A stretch of 62,004 nt of DNA, filler included, from Nemertoderma westbladi (GCA_032718475.1; 3 parts of 3 records of this genome joined end to end with filler, not necessarily neighbours in it); one strand, 5' to 3'; shown: positions 21,559 to 36,490, counted from the first letter of the whole stretch. Made by a program: numbers and translations. Notes: a model not told the origin generated them from the letters alone.

Positions 21559-22258
21559 AACTTTATGAAACTGGATGTACGTTTCGGTTAACTTTATGAA
21601 AGTGGATGTACGTTTCGGTTAACTTTATGAAACTGGATGTACGTTTCGGTTAACTTTATGAAACTGGATGTACGTTTCGGTTAACTTTATGAAAGTGGAT
21701 GTACGTTTCGGTTAACTTTATGAAACTGGATGTACGTTTCGGTTAACTTTATGAAACTGGATGTACGTTTCGGTTAACTTTATGAAAGTGGATGTACGTT
21801 TCGGTTAACTTTATGAAACTGGATGTACGTTTCGGTTAACTTTATGAAAGTGGATGTACGTTTCGGTTAACTTTATGAAACTGGATGTACGTTTCGGTTA
21901 ACTTTATGAAACTGGATGTACGTTTCGGTTAACTTTATGAAACTGGATGTACGTTTCGGTTAACTTTATGAAACTGGATGTACGTTTCGGTTAACTTTAT
22001 GAAACTGGATGTACGTTTCGGTTAACTTTATGAAAGTGGATGTACGTTTCGGTTAACTTTATGAAAGTGGATGTACGTTTCGGTTAACTTTATGAAACTG
22101 GATGTACGTTTCGGTTAACTTTATGAAACTGGATGTACGTTTCGGTTAACTTTATGAAACTGGATGTACGTTTCGGTTAACTTTATGAAACTGGATGTAC
22201 GTTTCGGTTAACTTTATGAAACTGGATGTACGTTTCGGTTAACTTTATGAAACGGATG
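21559..22258. repeat. 31-bp minisatellite, about 22.5 copies
   Basis: Unit AACTTTATGAAA(C/G)TGGATGTACGTTTCGGTT, head to tail with no spacers. Confidence 0.97.
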
Positions 22259-22767
22259 AGTCCGGTAGCAACCTACGGGTCTCTGAACTATAGATCTAAG
22301 CCTCCCATTGATAAATAAAAATTCCACAAATTTCTAATTCCGAATTCCAAAAATTCCACATTTCTAAAGCCTACTTTATAGTGTTATAGAAATTAAATTC
22401 AGAATTTCATACAAGAAAAAATCATACATAATTATTGATTTTTTCATTGATCAATTACACGAGATTATGAATTTAAGCTTATGGTTTTAACACTTGAATT
22501 TGTTCAAAATTACATTTCACTGTATGTAACTGGCAATTTGAAAATCTATCGTAATGTGATAATAACGTGTATTATATTAATATTATATCTAATACATAAT
22601 TAAAATATATACATAATTATTATATGTAATATTGATTAATCATAAGTAATGTGTTAATTGTGAGTTAATACAATATAATTTTGTCAATATTAAATGGCAA
22701 AGTTGTCTTCGGCCGTTAGGCCAGGGAAAACATTACGCACAAAGTCTGACGACTTGTTTCCAGATAA

Positions 22768-23285
22768 GGGGGCGTTCATAAAGTATGTCACTCACTAGGG
22801 GAGGGGGGGGGGGGGGTAGAGCTTTCGTGACATTTTGTGACAGGTGGTAGGGGGGTGTCGACCTTTGTGACGGTCACGGCGATGCTCTACGGTATGCTTT
22901 AATGTTAGATTGTCTTTGACTAACACATTTGTAGATGAGTGGGAAACTTTAAGGAAAAAACAATAAACTCAATAACATTGAATTTAATCCCTAACATTAA
23001 CAGGGCACCCCTGTCTAGTCTGCCTTGTACATGTACAGTATTGTAGTTTGAAGCTGCTAAAGTATGTATAGGCTTTTAGTAAGAACTACTTCAGTCAAAA
23101 TGTTTCACTTTCTATTGTGCTTTCTAACTGTTATTAAATTACTGAAATAAAATATTTTTCGTCTAGGGGGGGGGGGGGGGGGGGGGGTTATAAATTTACG
23201 AAAATAGGTTTTTTGTGACAGAAGGGGGGGGGGGGGGGGGTCAAAAAAATGGAAAATTTGCGTGACATACTTTATGAACGCCACC
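22768..23285. mobile_element. PIF/Harbinger-type MITE
   Basis: 24-bp TIR GGGGGCGTTCATAAAGTATGTCAC (one mismatch) and TAA target duplication at 22765-22767 and 23286-23288. Confidence 0.85.
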
Positions 23286-23399
23286 TAATTCCACCATATT
23301 TTTATTCACCAGAGGATACTCCAGTACCCATTAAAGGACGCCCTTGAGAAATGCGCCCTAGCTCGTCCCTTTAAAGCGTTCGTCCTGAAACGAAAACTC

Positions 23400-23475
23400 T
23401 CCCGACCCCTTTGCGGGGATCGAACCCATGACCTCTGGAGAGATGTTAATTATAGGCAACGGATTAACACTACAC
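23400..23475 (-). mobile_element. tRNA-derived SINE head fragment
   Basis: B-box-like GGTTCGATCCC on the minus strand (about 23416-23426); the A box is poor. Confidence 0.35.
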
Positions 23476-24164
23476 AAACTAAAAGGGCGGGAAGAACATA
23501 AAAATGTTAGATTTTTGCTTGATCAAATGTGGCGTCGAATGCTGGACATTGACATTGACATATAGATTATCTATCATTACTAATATCAATATTAATCATA
23601 ACAACACATTTTGATGCTAACAAATACAATAGTATTTGTAATTTCTCTGAATGCTATTTTTAATGCAACCACGGCGACAATAAACCGAGAGGATCATAGA
23701 TTCGAGCTGAGTTTCAGCAGAGTAAGTGCAATACAAAAGACCGCAAGTATTTAAATTTATGCAAAAAAACCGTAAGTCAACAAGACTTGCGGTTTTTTGT
23801 CATCAGAATTTAATGAGGATTTCACATCTGGAAATGGTTTGGCGAGATCTGTTGTATGCATTTTCAATAATTACCAGAAGTAGCTCCGATGAGAGAAAGC
23901 TTGTAATTAAACTATTGTTATTAATTCCATTAGTCACCTGAGGTCAACCCACCCTAACCTAACTGTTTAATATGAGAATGCCTTCTTAGGTTGTTTCGAG
24001 TTATCACTGTCTACCGGTCTGACCGTCAAGATGTAAATTTAGACAGAGCCAGATAAGATAATAGCAATTGTCTGGAATATGTGATTATTTGACGTTAATT
24101 AACGTTAAGGTAATTAAGCGTTAATTATTATAATTATGTTTTTATCACTGTCAGTTGTTTGTAA

Positions 24165-24391
24165 TTTTTTAACGTTAATCATACAATATATTTTGACGAT
24201 CCAAACTGATTGTCAGTAATATGTCATTTTTTAACGTTAAACATACAATATATTTTGACGATCCAAACTGATTGTCAGTAATATGTCATTTTTTAACGTT
24301 AAACATACAATATATTTTGACGATCCAAACTGATTGTCAGTAATATGTCATTTTTTAACGTTAAACATACAATATATTTTGACGATCAAAA
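24165..24391. repeat. 62-bp tandem repeat (about 3.6 copies) running into the gap
   Basis: ATACAATATA recurs at 24181, 24243, 24305 and 24367. Confidence 0.92.
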
Positions 24392-24491
24392 NNNNNNNNN
24401 NNNNNNNNNNNNNNNNNNNNNNNNNNNNNNNNNNNTTAATTAATTAANNNNNNNNNNNNNNNNNNNNNNNNNNNNNNNNNNNNNNNNNNNN
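24392..24491. other. Assembly spacer (N-run, TTAATTAATTAA, N-run)
   Basis: 100-nt spacer whose core puts stop codons in all six frames; identical to the spacer at 52286. Confidence 0.95.
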
Positions 24492-24492
24492 T

Positions 24493-25358
<866 letters not shown>

Positions 25359-26868
25359 TAGGATCAGAGGCAAGAGGGCGTAAGGACCCGCAACAGTTTT
25401 AGACGTTATGTATCAGAAAACATTTACTTGTATTCGTTATAGAGAACATGGACTCGTATTCATTTATTTAGTTAATTTGATCTCCATTGTATTTCAATAG
25501 AATATAATAGCCTCGCGCATACGAAAATCACAATTTAATTATGTGAAAAATCTTCATTAACATTAATGGAAATTATGAAATTTCCTTGCAGTTGAATTGT
25601 ATAATTTTTTTGCAACAGTTAGCTTAATATATCGTGAAGATTTTGGTAAATTTAAAAATTTGATGCGACTTCTAGTTTCCGAGATATAGCAATTAATATG
25701 TAACACGCCAGTGTAAATATTACTAATTTCACATTGAATCACAGCTTATTGTGAAATTAATTAAATTATTCTGGAACATCACCAATTGGCTACTTACTTT
25801 TCCCTACTGTTCCTTTTGTTTGGCTTGTCTTATGCAAATTTACGCAGAATTTCCATGAATAAACATATGATCCGCAAAATAAAATTTTATAGACTTTTTT
25901 TTGGTCATTAATAAGGTAATATAGAATCTAAAATGTGTGGTTCGGATTGATTGCGAAATACTTATGAGTTTTTTGCTAGATTGACTCGACTATATCGGCT
26001 GTCTAGAAGCCGAATAGATTGTTTAACTTCTTGTTGATTGACCTTATTATTAAGCAGTGATATGAAACTTCATTTTCATGACGCCACCTTGCGGTTTCTA
26101 TATTTATTGATTTTCTTCCCATAGCGGATTTTCCCGTTGCACCATAAAGTTAATTGGGTTCAATGTTTTACAATATCACCCAATAAATATATATCTATTG
26201 ATTCGAAAATATGAATCGAAATACGAAAATTAATTATTCGTATTATACGATACGAGATAAAGATATCTTCCTCTTAATTTTTCTAAACAGTTTTAAAATG
26301 TCAAGCATTAATTGACCTTGAGAAAGCCTTTGCTTTACATTACTTATAATACAGAGGGGGGTGGGGGGGGGGGGGATCATTTTAGAACGTTTTTTGTAAT
26401 TCATTATCTGTATCTTCGGGCCAGCTTTATGGGAAAAACCGAGTTTTCGTCAATTTTCCTCAAATTGAATGGACTATGCAACAGCGCAGACGCCAATTTA
26501 TTACACCGGCAAGCTTGTTACTTTTTGTCTCTTATTCTCTCATTCTGGCACCCATCTGCAATATTTTTTATATGCTAAAATTTTCAAAAAATGTTTATTT
26601 CTCGCTGAAATAAAATTATATTTGCGGTATATAGAGGTTTTTTGGAATCTGATCACGATTATAGAATTCAAATATAACGTTCGCAAAATGTTTTAATAAT
26701 TTCGAATGTACCCCCTGGGGAAGAAAAAAAAACAAAAATAATGAGAATTTCAGTTTCTGAGAAAGGAAGTTCTCTAATTCGAATATTCGTCACAAAAATA
26801 ATCGAATATTTTGTTAATACTTTAAGTATATTAATATTATAATATTTTTAAAATGTAGGCGGTTATAC

Positions 26869-29800
26869 TAGTCCAGGAGACGCCCTTAGTCACCCAATAC
26901 AACAACCTTAAAGTAGCGTACGGACGCAATTTTTTTCTTTGAATGATAGTTTGTATTGTCCCAATACGAAATCGAGCGATTTCCGGAACAATTATTTGAG
27001 CAATTTTTTCATTCGAATTTTAAGTGTGCACTTTCGCTCAAAGCAACAAGAACTTTGTTAATGACGTTTTGAGAGCAATTGTGATAGAAACTGATGTTCC
27101 AGAATAGTTTTATAGTGTAAGTTTAATAGTAAGCAGTAATTGTCACTGAAAATTAATACTTAAAATACACTACCGGTACCGGTACGGGAATGGTGTGTAA
27201 TTTTTTGTTTTAACCATTATCATTGTCATATAGGAGGAAGTGTGTTGTCTGTATAGATCGCCCTTCCTCCAGTAGTGCCTCTAACTAACGGCATTATAGT
27301 ATAGTACTGTATATATGCTCACTTTTCAGGATTTATAGTAACTTTTTTTTAATGTTCCACTACTTTTTTTTAATGTTCTATAATATATTACTAAAACTAG
27401 TAATATATTCTAGATCTATTCTATATTCTAATATAAGTAAGCTATTTAACTAAATAAAACCTTTTTCTAGAAAAAATATTTTTTTACACTTTTTAATAAA
27501 AATAGCTAAATTTTAAATATCATTTTTTCTTTACAAAGAGATGTTTTACATCAAACAGTTACGTTTTGGAAATGTGGTAGTATTTTACAAGGGTATTGTA
27601 ATGGGCTATTATTTTTGTACTAGCTAGTAGTTTTAAAAATCATATTTTATTTTGCCTTTATTTATGAATTATTAATTGTTACTTTTTAAATATGGAAAAA
27701 CACACAATTTATTGCATCGCAATTTAACGCATAATAATAAGTAATAATAAATAATATTGTGTTTTTAAAAATGTTCCAGAAAAATAAATATTTGTTTTTA
27801 AATAAAAAATTTAGTGTAATGTGTTTGTAAATTATTGTTCTAGAACAATTCTGTGATATTTCTTATTGAAAAATAGTGCGAAAATATGCCATCTCAAAGT
27901 GGAAGTGGTGATGGTATCAAAGCTCCTAACCGGTTGCGATCCAGTGAAAACTTTGATTTTAACAGGAGTTGTATTATTTGCGGTGAGAAATGTTCCAAGA
28001 AATATCCAAAGAATACCGGACGATGGAGAAGAGTAGTTGAGTGTCAGACGGTCGAGGTGCAAGATGAACTCCTATGAATATGTAAATTACGAGGGCTTCG
28101 AGTAGATGAACTTGTCAGGAAAAGTCGAATTTCGCTTAGGTTCCGTTTGTGGTGATGTCATTACAAGTGGCGCGAAGTTTCAGAATGATTGCTATAAAGC
28201 CTTCCCCTTCACTGGTAAAAGGAACTCAATTGGCGGCCTTGAGAGAAAACTATAGATATAGAAGAAAAAAAGATGTTAGGGTGGAGAAACCGAGCGAGAA
28301 GGCCTTCATAAAAATGGTCGAGAAACTTGAAAAAGACCAAATTAAAATTTGGGATTCTAGTGAGATATTCGGCATATATACAGTATATCTTCGCTCCATT
28401 CATTTGGTACAGAAGAAGACAGCGTCACAGCTCTACAAGGCAGTCAACGCACAAATCTAATCAATAAAATTCAAGCTCATTTTGGTGATAAGATTTTTGT
28501 ACTGCATGCAGAAGGCGTGCAAGTGTTCTTTGTTTTAAAACAAGGCTTCAATTTCCACTGAAAGCAGATCAACGTCCCTCAACCAATAATATTAACAGTA
28601 ATATTAACTCCTTAGTCCAAAAAATAACGTCTGAAATAAAGCAACTTGAAGATGAATCTCATCGCAAGTTCTACAATAATTCAAATACATTATCATACAA
28701 CAACATGATATCATCCACAAGCAGTTCATTACTCTCACTAATATATCACGATAAGTTTCGTATGGTAATATTTATAAAGAGTCAATTTGCATTTCACAAT
28801 TAATCCCTTATTGCTAAAATATATAATCAAACTACACTAGGCTTGGCATTACAAGTTCACCATCATTTTGGTTCTAGAGAACTGATTGACCTGTTGCACT
28901 CAAGTGGATACATGACAAGCTATGACTAAGTATTACGTTTCCGCAAATCTGCGGCCGTGTTTGGCAGCAAAGGAGATTACAATTGCAACAATAGATTCGT
29001 GGGCACAAAGGTGATAAATTCTTGGTGCGATAATTTCGATCTCCAAGTTTACACTCCTAATGGATGCAGAGAGTCACATACGATGGTCATTGAATTAGCC
29101 CAAATTAGTAAGGAAAATTATTTCATACCAGAAATGATTATACCTCGAATTTCAAAAACTGAATTAAATGCTTTCAAACTCAACACTCCAGAGGTTCTTC
29201 TTTTTCGAGGAAAGATTAAGTCACTTCCGCCGAAATTGAATATGAATGTTGGAGTATCATACAACATCCTTAGAAATACTTACACTTCAGCTATAAATGC
29301 ACAATAATTACACATATAGAAGCAGTGATAAACATCAATAGGCAATTTTATAATCTGCAGTTTCAATTATTAAATAATACTGTTGTCATTTATGTATTTA
29401 TTATTATGTTATTATATAATTATATTAAATAAAGATAAAAAAACATAATCAAACAGAACAAAACAAAATGACAAAAAAGCATTTACAACAGGTCAAAACT
29501 ATGTTCACAAATCTCTCGTTGTGACGTATTATATTCATGTTTCTATATAAACTGCTAGACCACACCTCAGATATTCAATATTCAAATGGGTTGACCAAAT
29601 GGGTTGTTCATAATTGAAAAGTATATGCCATATTTTCTACAAACCAGTTTATCATGACCCGTTGCTATGGTGACAAGGATTTTGTAATGCTGATCATTCT
29701 CGATCTACGCTTAGCTATACTCCTGTATTTGGAGTAGAGGAGGTCCAGTCATTCTTGCAATATTATCCTCAAGCCCGTTGCTATAGTAACAAGGATTGTA

Positions 29801-30073
29801 ATTTACAACTGTAAACTATGTTGGACATGCAGAGATTCTGGCAGTGCAAACACATATACCGACCACTATGACTATGTACGTAAAACTATCGCTGAAATAG
29901 AGTTTAAAATGCAATGTTAACTCTCAATTAATAAGTTGCATAAAAAAAATTGCTCAAGGTCTCAGAAGTTTTTATGGCCTGTTTTGTGTTACTCCACCCC
30001 CATACTATAATTTAAGCCAAAAAAATTGCGTCCGTACCCTACTTTATGGTTCGACCCCATTTCTCCTGGACTA
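26869..30073 (+). mobile_element. Academ-like DNA transposon, internally deleted and decayed
   Basis: TIR TAGTCCAGGAGA/TCTCCTGGACTA, subterminal inverted GTACGGACGCAATTTTTT and TAC duplication on both sides. Transposase remnants (27886-29307): FDFNRSCIICG, LGLALQVHHHFGSRELIDLLH..G...SYD*V.RF and WCDNFDLQVYTPNG..SHTM. Confidence 0.75.
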
Positions 30074-30493
30074 TACAGTACAATAATAATAATAAGTAAA
30101 CATAATTTGTTAAGTAAAGCTCACTGATTAAGTTAACAATCTATTTGTCATTTTTAGTGATTTTTTTCAACTTATTTAATTTAGCGCTTGAATATTCTAA
30201 TGCTTTAACAATATTCGAATATCAAAAATCATTAGAATATTCTCAAAAACTTTAATAAGAATTACCCAACCAAAGGCACAATTTAACAGTTTGAAATACA
30301 AACGTACTTTTCATCGTGAAGCACCACAATGGCACCAAAAATCATGGTTGCATTATCAGTTAATCTGAATCAGTATCAGAAAATCTGTTTAAAAAGTATT
30401 ACCGTGATCAGCGACCTCGATAAACCCCATACCTGGCCTACTTAAATATTTAAGTAGGCCATGCCCCTGCCCCATACCTTCAAAAGTGTGACA

Positions 30494-31309
30494 ATGGGGT
30501 GAGCCACGAAAGTAAGCGAACTTAGCATACAGGTACCACTATGGGGTGAGCCACGAAAGTAAGCGAGCTTAGCATACAGGTACCACTATGGGGCGAGCCA
30601 CGAAAGTATGCGAGCTTAGCATACAGGTACCACTATGGGGTGAGCCACGAAAGTAAGCGAGCTTAGCATACAGGTACCACTATGGGGCGAGCCACGAAAG
30701 TATGCGAGCTTAGCATACAGGTACCACTATGGGGCAAGCCACGAAAGTATGCAAGCTTAGCATACAGGTACCACTATGGGACGAGCCACGAAAGTATGCG
30801 AGCTTAGCATACAGGTACCACTATGTGGTGAGCCACGAAAGTATGCGAGCTTAGCATACAGGTACCACTATGGGGCGAGCCACGAAAGTATGCAAGCTTA
30901 GCATACAGGTACCACTATGCGGCGAGCCACGAAAGTAGGAGAGCTTAGCATACAGGTACCACTATGGGGCAAGCCACGAAAGTATGCAAGCTTAGCATAC
31001 AGGCACCACTATGGGGCGAGCCACGAAAGTATGCGAGCTTAGCATACAGGTACCACTATGGGGTGAGCCACGAATGTAAGAGAGCTTAGCATACAGGTAC
31101 CACTATGGGGCAAGCCACGAAAGTATGCAAGCTTAGCATACAGGTACCACTATGGGGCGAGCCACGAAAGTATGCGAGCTTAGCATACAGGTACCACTAT
31201 GGGGTGAGCCACGAAAGTATGCGAGCTTAGCATACAGGTACCACTATGGGGTGAGCCACGAAAGTAAGAGAACTTAGCATACAGGTATCACTATGGGGCG
31301 AGCCACGAA
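30494..31309. repeat. 47-bp minisatellite, about 17 copies, with a final unit displaced to 33130-33170
   Basis: Unit ATGGGG(C/T)GAGCCACGAAAGTA(T/A)GCGAGCTTAGCATACAGGTACCACT. Confidence 0.97.
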
Positions 31310-33129
31310 CTACTACTAGGATCAGAATTCTGCATTGCAGCTGCATTTTTAAGAATGCTGTCCCGCTTGTCGACAAAATTGCGCCGCCACAACTCCCTAT
31401 CACCCATGACATTTGCTAGATCATCCGCATCTTCAAGGCCAGTGTCCTATAAGATGCGTCTCAAGAATGACATGGGCTGTCCACCATGCTTATTCACTCT
31501 ATGAGGCTGCCAAAGAACAAGATTATGCACCGGCTGTTCCTCACGGCGAAAGCAATGTCCTGCAAAGCGGAAGGCGGCTTTGTTCTAGTGTAAAGTTTGG
31601 GGGAAACAATGAGACACCTCCAATGTTATATTAGTGTCTGGTTGGAGATTTCTGCATTGTACTTGATACAGTGAACCCGGCGTAGCATTCTTGTGAATGT
31701 GCCATCCCAGAGATTTGGTGTCCTCAGCAGTTAGAGCCCAGCATGGACTCCCATAGAGGAGTACTGGAACTACTGCTGCTCTAAATAATCGGACCTTAAG
31801 TTTACGATTAATTCTATGTGACTTCCAAATCCTGGAAAACCTGGAATGCCTTTCCCTTACGTATTCGAAGGTCCTCACCTGACTTCCGGATCCATGGTCC
31901 CAGGTAAAAGAAGTCGTCCACATGAGCAAGAATAACATCCTTTGAGCTTGTGCTCATCCGGTCAGAGACTTGCTGAGGAATTTTGGTCTTTTTGGAGTTA
32001 ATAAAAAGACCAACACTAGAAGCAGCATGTTCTAATGAGGTGAGGAACCGTTGGGTTCCCTCTAGTAATTCTGAGAGTAATCCTAATTCATCAGCAAAAT
32101 CTAGATCAGTTAGATACTTGGCAGGATTTCCTCGACTTCTGGAGCCAGTAGGTGGAGTTATCATCACTCCATCATCATTGTGATGATCTAAGGACAGGCG
32201 TAGAACATAGTCAACCACAATTATAAGAATGGTGCAAGTGTGTCTCCCTGGAGGACGCCCCATAACAGTTCAAATGGTTCTGTGTCACCGTCAACAGAAG
32301 ACACAAATGTTGTCGAACCATCGTATACTGATCTGATTGCTGCTATAATTTCATCAGGAATCCCATATAATGAAAGTATGCTGAACATACGTGATCGAGA
32401 GACTGAATCAAAGGCCTTGAAGAAGTCAACAAAGATAACAGCCAGATGCCTGTCTTTCTTTTTTGATAACTCTTCAATTATCCTTTTAAGTGCAAAAATG
32501 GGCTCCATGAGGTCCCACGACTTTTACGGAACCCATTCTGATTTCCACGGAGCAGCCTCGCAATAATGGGATCCCTGATGCGATTAAATAGAATTCTATT
32601 GTATAGCTTTGCAGCAATCGAGATCGATGAGATTCCCCGAAAAGAACCATCAAGTGTTAGGTTGCCCTTCTTGGGACTGGCACCAACTTATTTGTTTTAT
32701 TTTCCTGTGGGACTCTTGTTGTTCTGTACATGTTTACTATGATAGGATAGATGAGCTTTAGCCACTCAGGTATTTTAAAGACCTCAGGGGGAACACCATC
32801 TACTCCACTGGCACGATTGGTCTTAATGCTCTTTGCAGCAGCCTTCACTTCTGCAAAGGAGATATCGCCAATGGGAATATCTGGGAGTACAGACTCAGAC
32901 ACTTTTACTTCTATAAAGTTATCAGGCAATACCCTGTCATTATTGAGGAGCTTTTCAAAGTGGGCTTTCCAACCATTGAGGCGATCCTGGTGATTCTGCC
33001 TTGACCTTGGTGGTTGGTTGGCTTTTCCGCCCAGTTAGCAAGTTGATCGATTTCCATGCCTGGGGTGATTGCCTGCTGTCATCAGCATCATTGATGGCAT
33101 CAGCCTTTTGGTTTATTAGCTCCTGTATA
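31310..33129 (-). mobile_element. RTE-clade non-LTR retrotransposon, 5'-truncated and frameshifted
   Basis: Fragments ASGVDGVPPE, FVDFFKAFDSV, GVLQGDTLAP, DLDFADE and VLLYGSPCW; (TAG)n tail at 31310-31319; 9-bp TSD AGCCACGAA at 31301-31309 and 33130-33138. Confidence 0.9.
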
Positions 33130-33504
33130 AGCCACGAAAGGATTCGAGCTTAACGTACGGGTACCACTATCTCGACTCTCGTCTCTGCCTAATTGTTGGT
33201 GGTCGATCATTGAAAGTTTATTTATAAGAAACTCTCCACTTTCTTAAACTAAAACATATTAGGTCTGATCTATGAGAATAGTTTATAAAGTTTGTTTCAT
33301 ACAGAGACAAACTTATATGTATAATTTCCCTGGTTTCCTTGTGCTTTTTATCAATTTATTTCTCTCACTTGGTGGGCCATCTTCAGGATAGTGAATAATA
33401 CAAATAGACAAACCGAAACGACACCAATTACTTATAGTTTACTTTATATACATGTTAGGCCTAGCCTACTTATTGTTTTAAAATAGTTTACAGGTAGCGA
33501 GGTA

Positions 33505-34657
33505 GGTGTTCGGACACTCCCCCCCCCCCCCGGACAGTCCCCCCCCCCCCCCCCGCGAAAGTAGGACACTTCCCCCCGGACACTCCCCCCCCAGACACTT
33601 CCCCCCCGCGGACACTCCCCCCCCCCCCCCCCCGACTGTTCTTAACTTCGCACATTCGTATTTTTCATTTTGTAAGGTAAACGGACCGCTTGTATCCAGA
33701 TAAGTTGTATCCAATTTTCCTTTCGTAGCTCAGAAAGTGATCTTTTGCATCCCGTTTTTACATTTTATATCCAAGTTTTATTTATGGGTTTTATCAATGC
33801 AATTACATCGTATTGTTTGCTAATCTTTAAACAATTAATTAGATGACCTATAAATTCCATCCCCCGAATGATATACTGTTTTTATTAACTATAGAATTAT
33901 AATAATTAATTGTTTTAATTATAGGTATTATTATGTAATAGTCTTCTTCAAATTGTAGCAGATGGGGATGAATATTATTGTTGCAATCAAAATTATACCT
34001 CTCCAGGGTAAAATCGACATGCGTCGACCTGTATTCTGTGTTCAGCATTACATATTGATATACATATTACTATACATACTATAGAGATATTATACACACT
34101 ACATATTACATTTCCTGGTTACTTGCAATATTTTTAATAGGATTTTGTTGAATTATATAATATTGTAGTAATTTATATATTAATTTGGTTAACATTCAAT
34201 ACAGCTCCTACTTTAGGCTTAGTCAATTTATTATCTGATGATACAAACATGAATTAATTATTTCAAAATGGTCTTAAGTCTTTCACCACGGGCACTCAGG
34301 GAAATGCCGGGGTCTGGGGGCGATAACCCCCAAGAAAAGAAGCGGGGGTTTGGGGGCGGCAGCCCCCAAGAACAGAAGCGGGGGTTTGGGGGCGGCAGTC
34401 CCCAATTAAAAGAAAAACAAACAAAATTTGACTATAAAAATGTTTCTTTTATAATTTTGAAAAAACTTATCTAGATACAACTTGTCCTGTAACCATCTTT
34501 AACTTTTGTTTATTGCTTTGATGCACCCAGATTAATTTTAACACTTTAACTGGGGGGGAAGTGTCCGGGGGGCAAGTGTCCGGGGGGGAAGTGTCCTACT
34601 TGGGCGGGGGGAAGTGTCCGGGGGGGAACTGTCCGGGGGGGGAAGTGTCCTAGATCC
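33505..34657. mobile_element. MULE-like non-autonomous element with C/G-rich modular TIRs
   Basis: 9-bp TSD AGCGAGGTA at 33496-33504 and 34658-34666. Arrays of GGACACTyCCCC on the left and their reverse complement on the right. Confidence 0.8.
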
Positions 34658-36490
34658 AGCGAGGTAGCCTATCAACATCCGTCACCAATAGGGCATCTTC
34701 GTGGGACGCTGGCTCTATCTACTCTACTAAAGTTTGCCGCTAGAGGGCGAAACAAGTGAACATCTTCTCTCATTTCGTTATTTGCTATCCCTTGGGAGAT
34801 ATACTGTACATGCTAGACCATCCATAGGATGCGTCTTTCACTAATCCATCGGCAATCAACCGCTAGTGCTAGTAGTCTTAAACCCTTAAATGAATACATG
34901 GTAGAAATATCGAAATGAAATCCTTAAGCCATTTCGTATTATTGTTTAAAATCCTTTCATTCCAATACATTGATACCTGGCACATATTACAGTATATTCA
35001 AAACCTCAAGACTGAACTTTTTGTGAGGTCTTAAACCGACTGCAGTTATCCAGTCTGCCTCTAGGTGGTGGGTGGCAAAGTGATTAGGGGATTTCTGCTA
35101 ATATTTTGCTTATATTTCTAACGACATGACCCTTAACATAAATTTTGTCACCTGCTGCGCAAAGTTTAAGGTAACGCATGTTTCGCTTGAAGAATCTTTA
35201 TTTTTCGTTAAAATATATATAAACAATATTATTATTAATGCAAACAAAATTAATATATAGCATAGACAGACATATGATATATACCTATATGGATATAAAT
35301 TTAAACACTCTTCACTCAGAAAACGCATTAAACGTAAACGCATGTTTCGAAACAAGTTGTGCTACAATAGTTTCCTCGTGTGACGTGGCCCTTAGATGTT
35401 GTATGTTGTAAAATCTCCTTTAGTTTTACGCCCGGTTGAAGATGTTCAAATGGAATTGGATTGGTTTCGCTTTAGTGACGCTGACATTATCTGTGAATAA
35501 CAAATTAACCAGGTTCCGTCCGCCTCATTAGTGCGTTTTATACATGTTTAACTTATACGAGTGAATTTGTCGTTGGTGCCAATACAGATATCGCTTACAC
35601 CACATTGTGTGTGTTTATAGCGCTATGATATGGGCCAGGGTAGGAAACTAATTATGCGATACCTTTACTCACGCTTATGGAGGGAACCATGGTCTAACCA
35701 CCCGCTAATCCCCTATCAATAGGCGGGCCTTTTCATGCACTTCCTAGTGGACAAAAGAGAGACCGGGTCCATTTCGACTTAATCCTTTTTTGAGGAGTTC
35801 AGGCGCCCCTATTAGGTCTATTAATGCGCGGAGCATTTGCTTGGCTAATAATATTCGTTGAAATCCTTAACTTCGATACAATAATTAGATCTGTGTTGGT
35901 CTGGGTTGACCTTGGAAGTACCCACACATCTCTCGTATGTGGATGTAAGTAAACCTCAGCTCATCGTCGGTCCACGATTAAAAATGTCTTGGAGTTAAGA
36001 GCGCTATTGCTAAAGTTGGTGATTTATAACCGAGCTGTTAGGCACTGTATTGTCTCGATATTACGCTTGGTTCTGCGGTTGTTCGCGTGCGGTTAGTTTA
36101 GTATTAAAGGTTTAGCCTAGAGCGGGAAATTATCCCATGAAGCACAGATGTGAGATCTATTGCTCAGAGATTAGTCTATAGATATTTTGATGGACCTGGC
36201 ACAGCGTGCTTGAGACGCAACGTATGACACACACAACCCCTCACGTTAGGTGTGTTATACATTGAGTGTAAAAAAGGATCATAAGAAAATTTGCATTGAT
36301 TTTGTATAGATTCTTCTACTTTTCTAAAAGCATTACTGCTGCACAGTACCCGCCCTGCAGAGCTGATTGAACAAATTTACAGACTTATTGTTACTTTTAC
36401 CATCTATACCCTTATTTTCGAGACTTGTCAATTACATTATTTTTCGGTGCACACTTTATTATGGGTTCATATTTAATGTTTCATTCTTTT

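Noticed and set aside
21559-22258. CRISPR-like array (also considered for 30494-31309 and 38565-39890)
   Set aside because: Units are head to tail with no unique spacers, there are no cas genes, and the context is eukaryotic.
24436-24447. TTAATTAATTAA palindrome as a biological site
   Set aside because: It is embedded in N-runs identically at both gaps, so it is an artificial six-frame-stop spacer.
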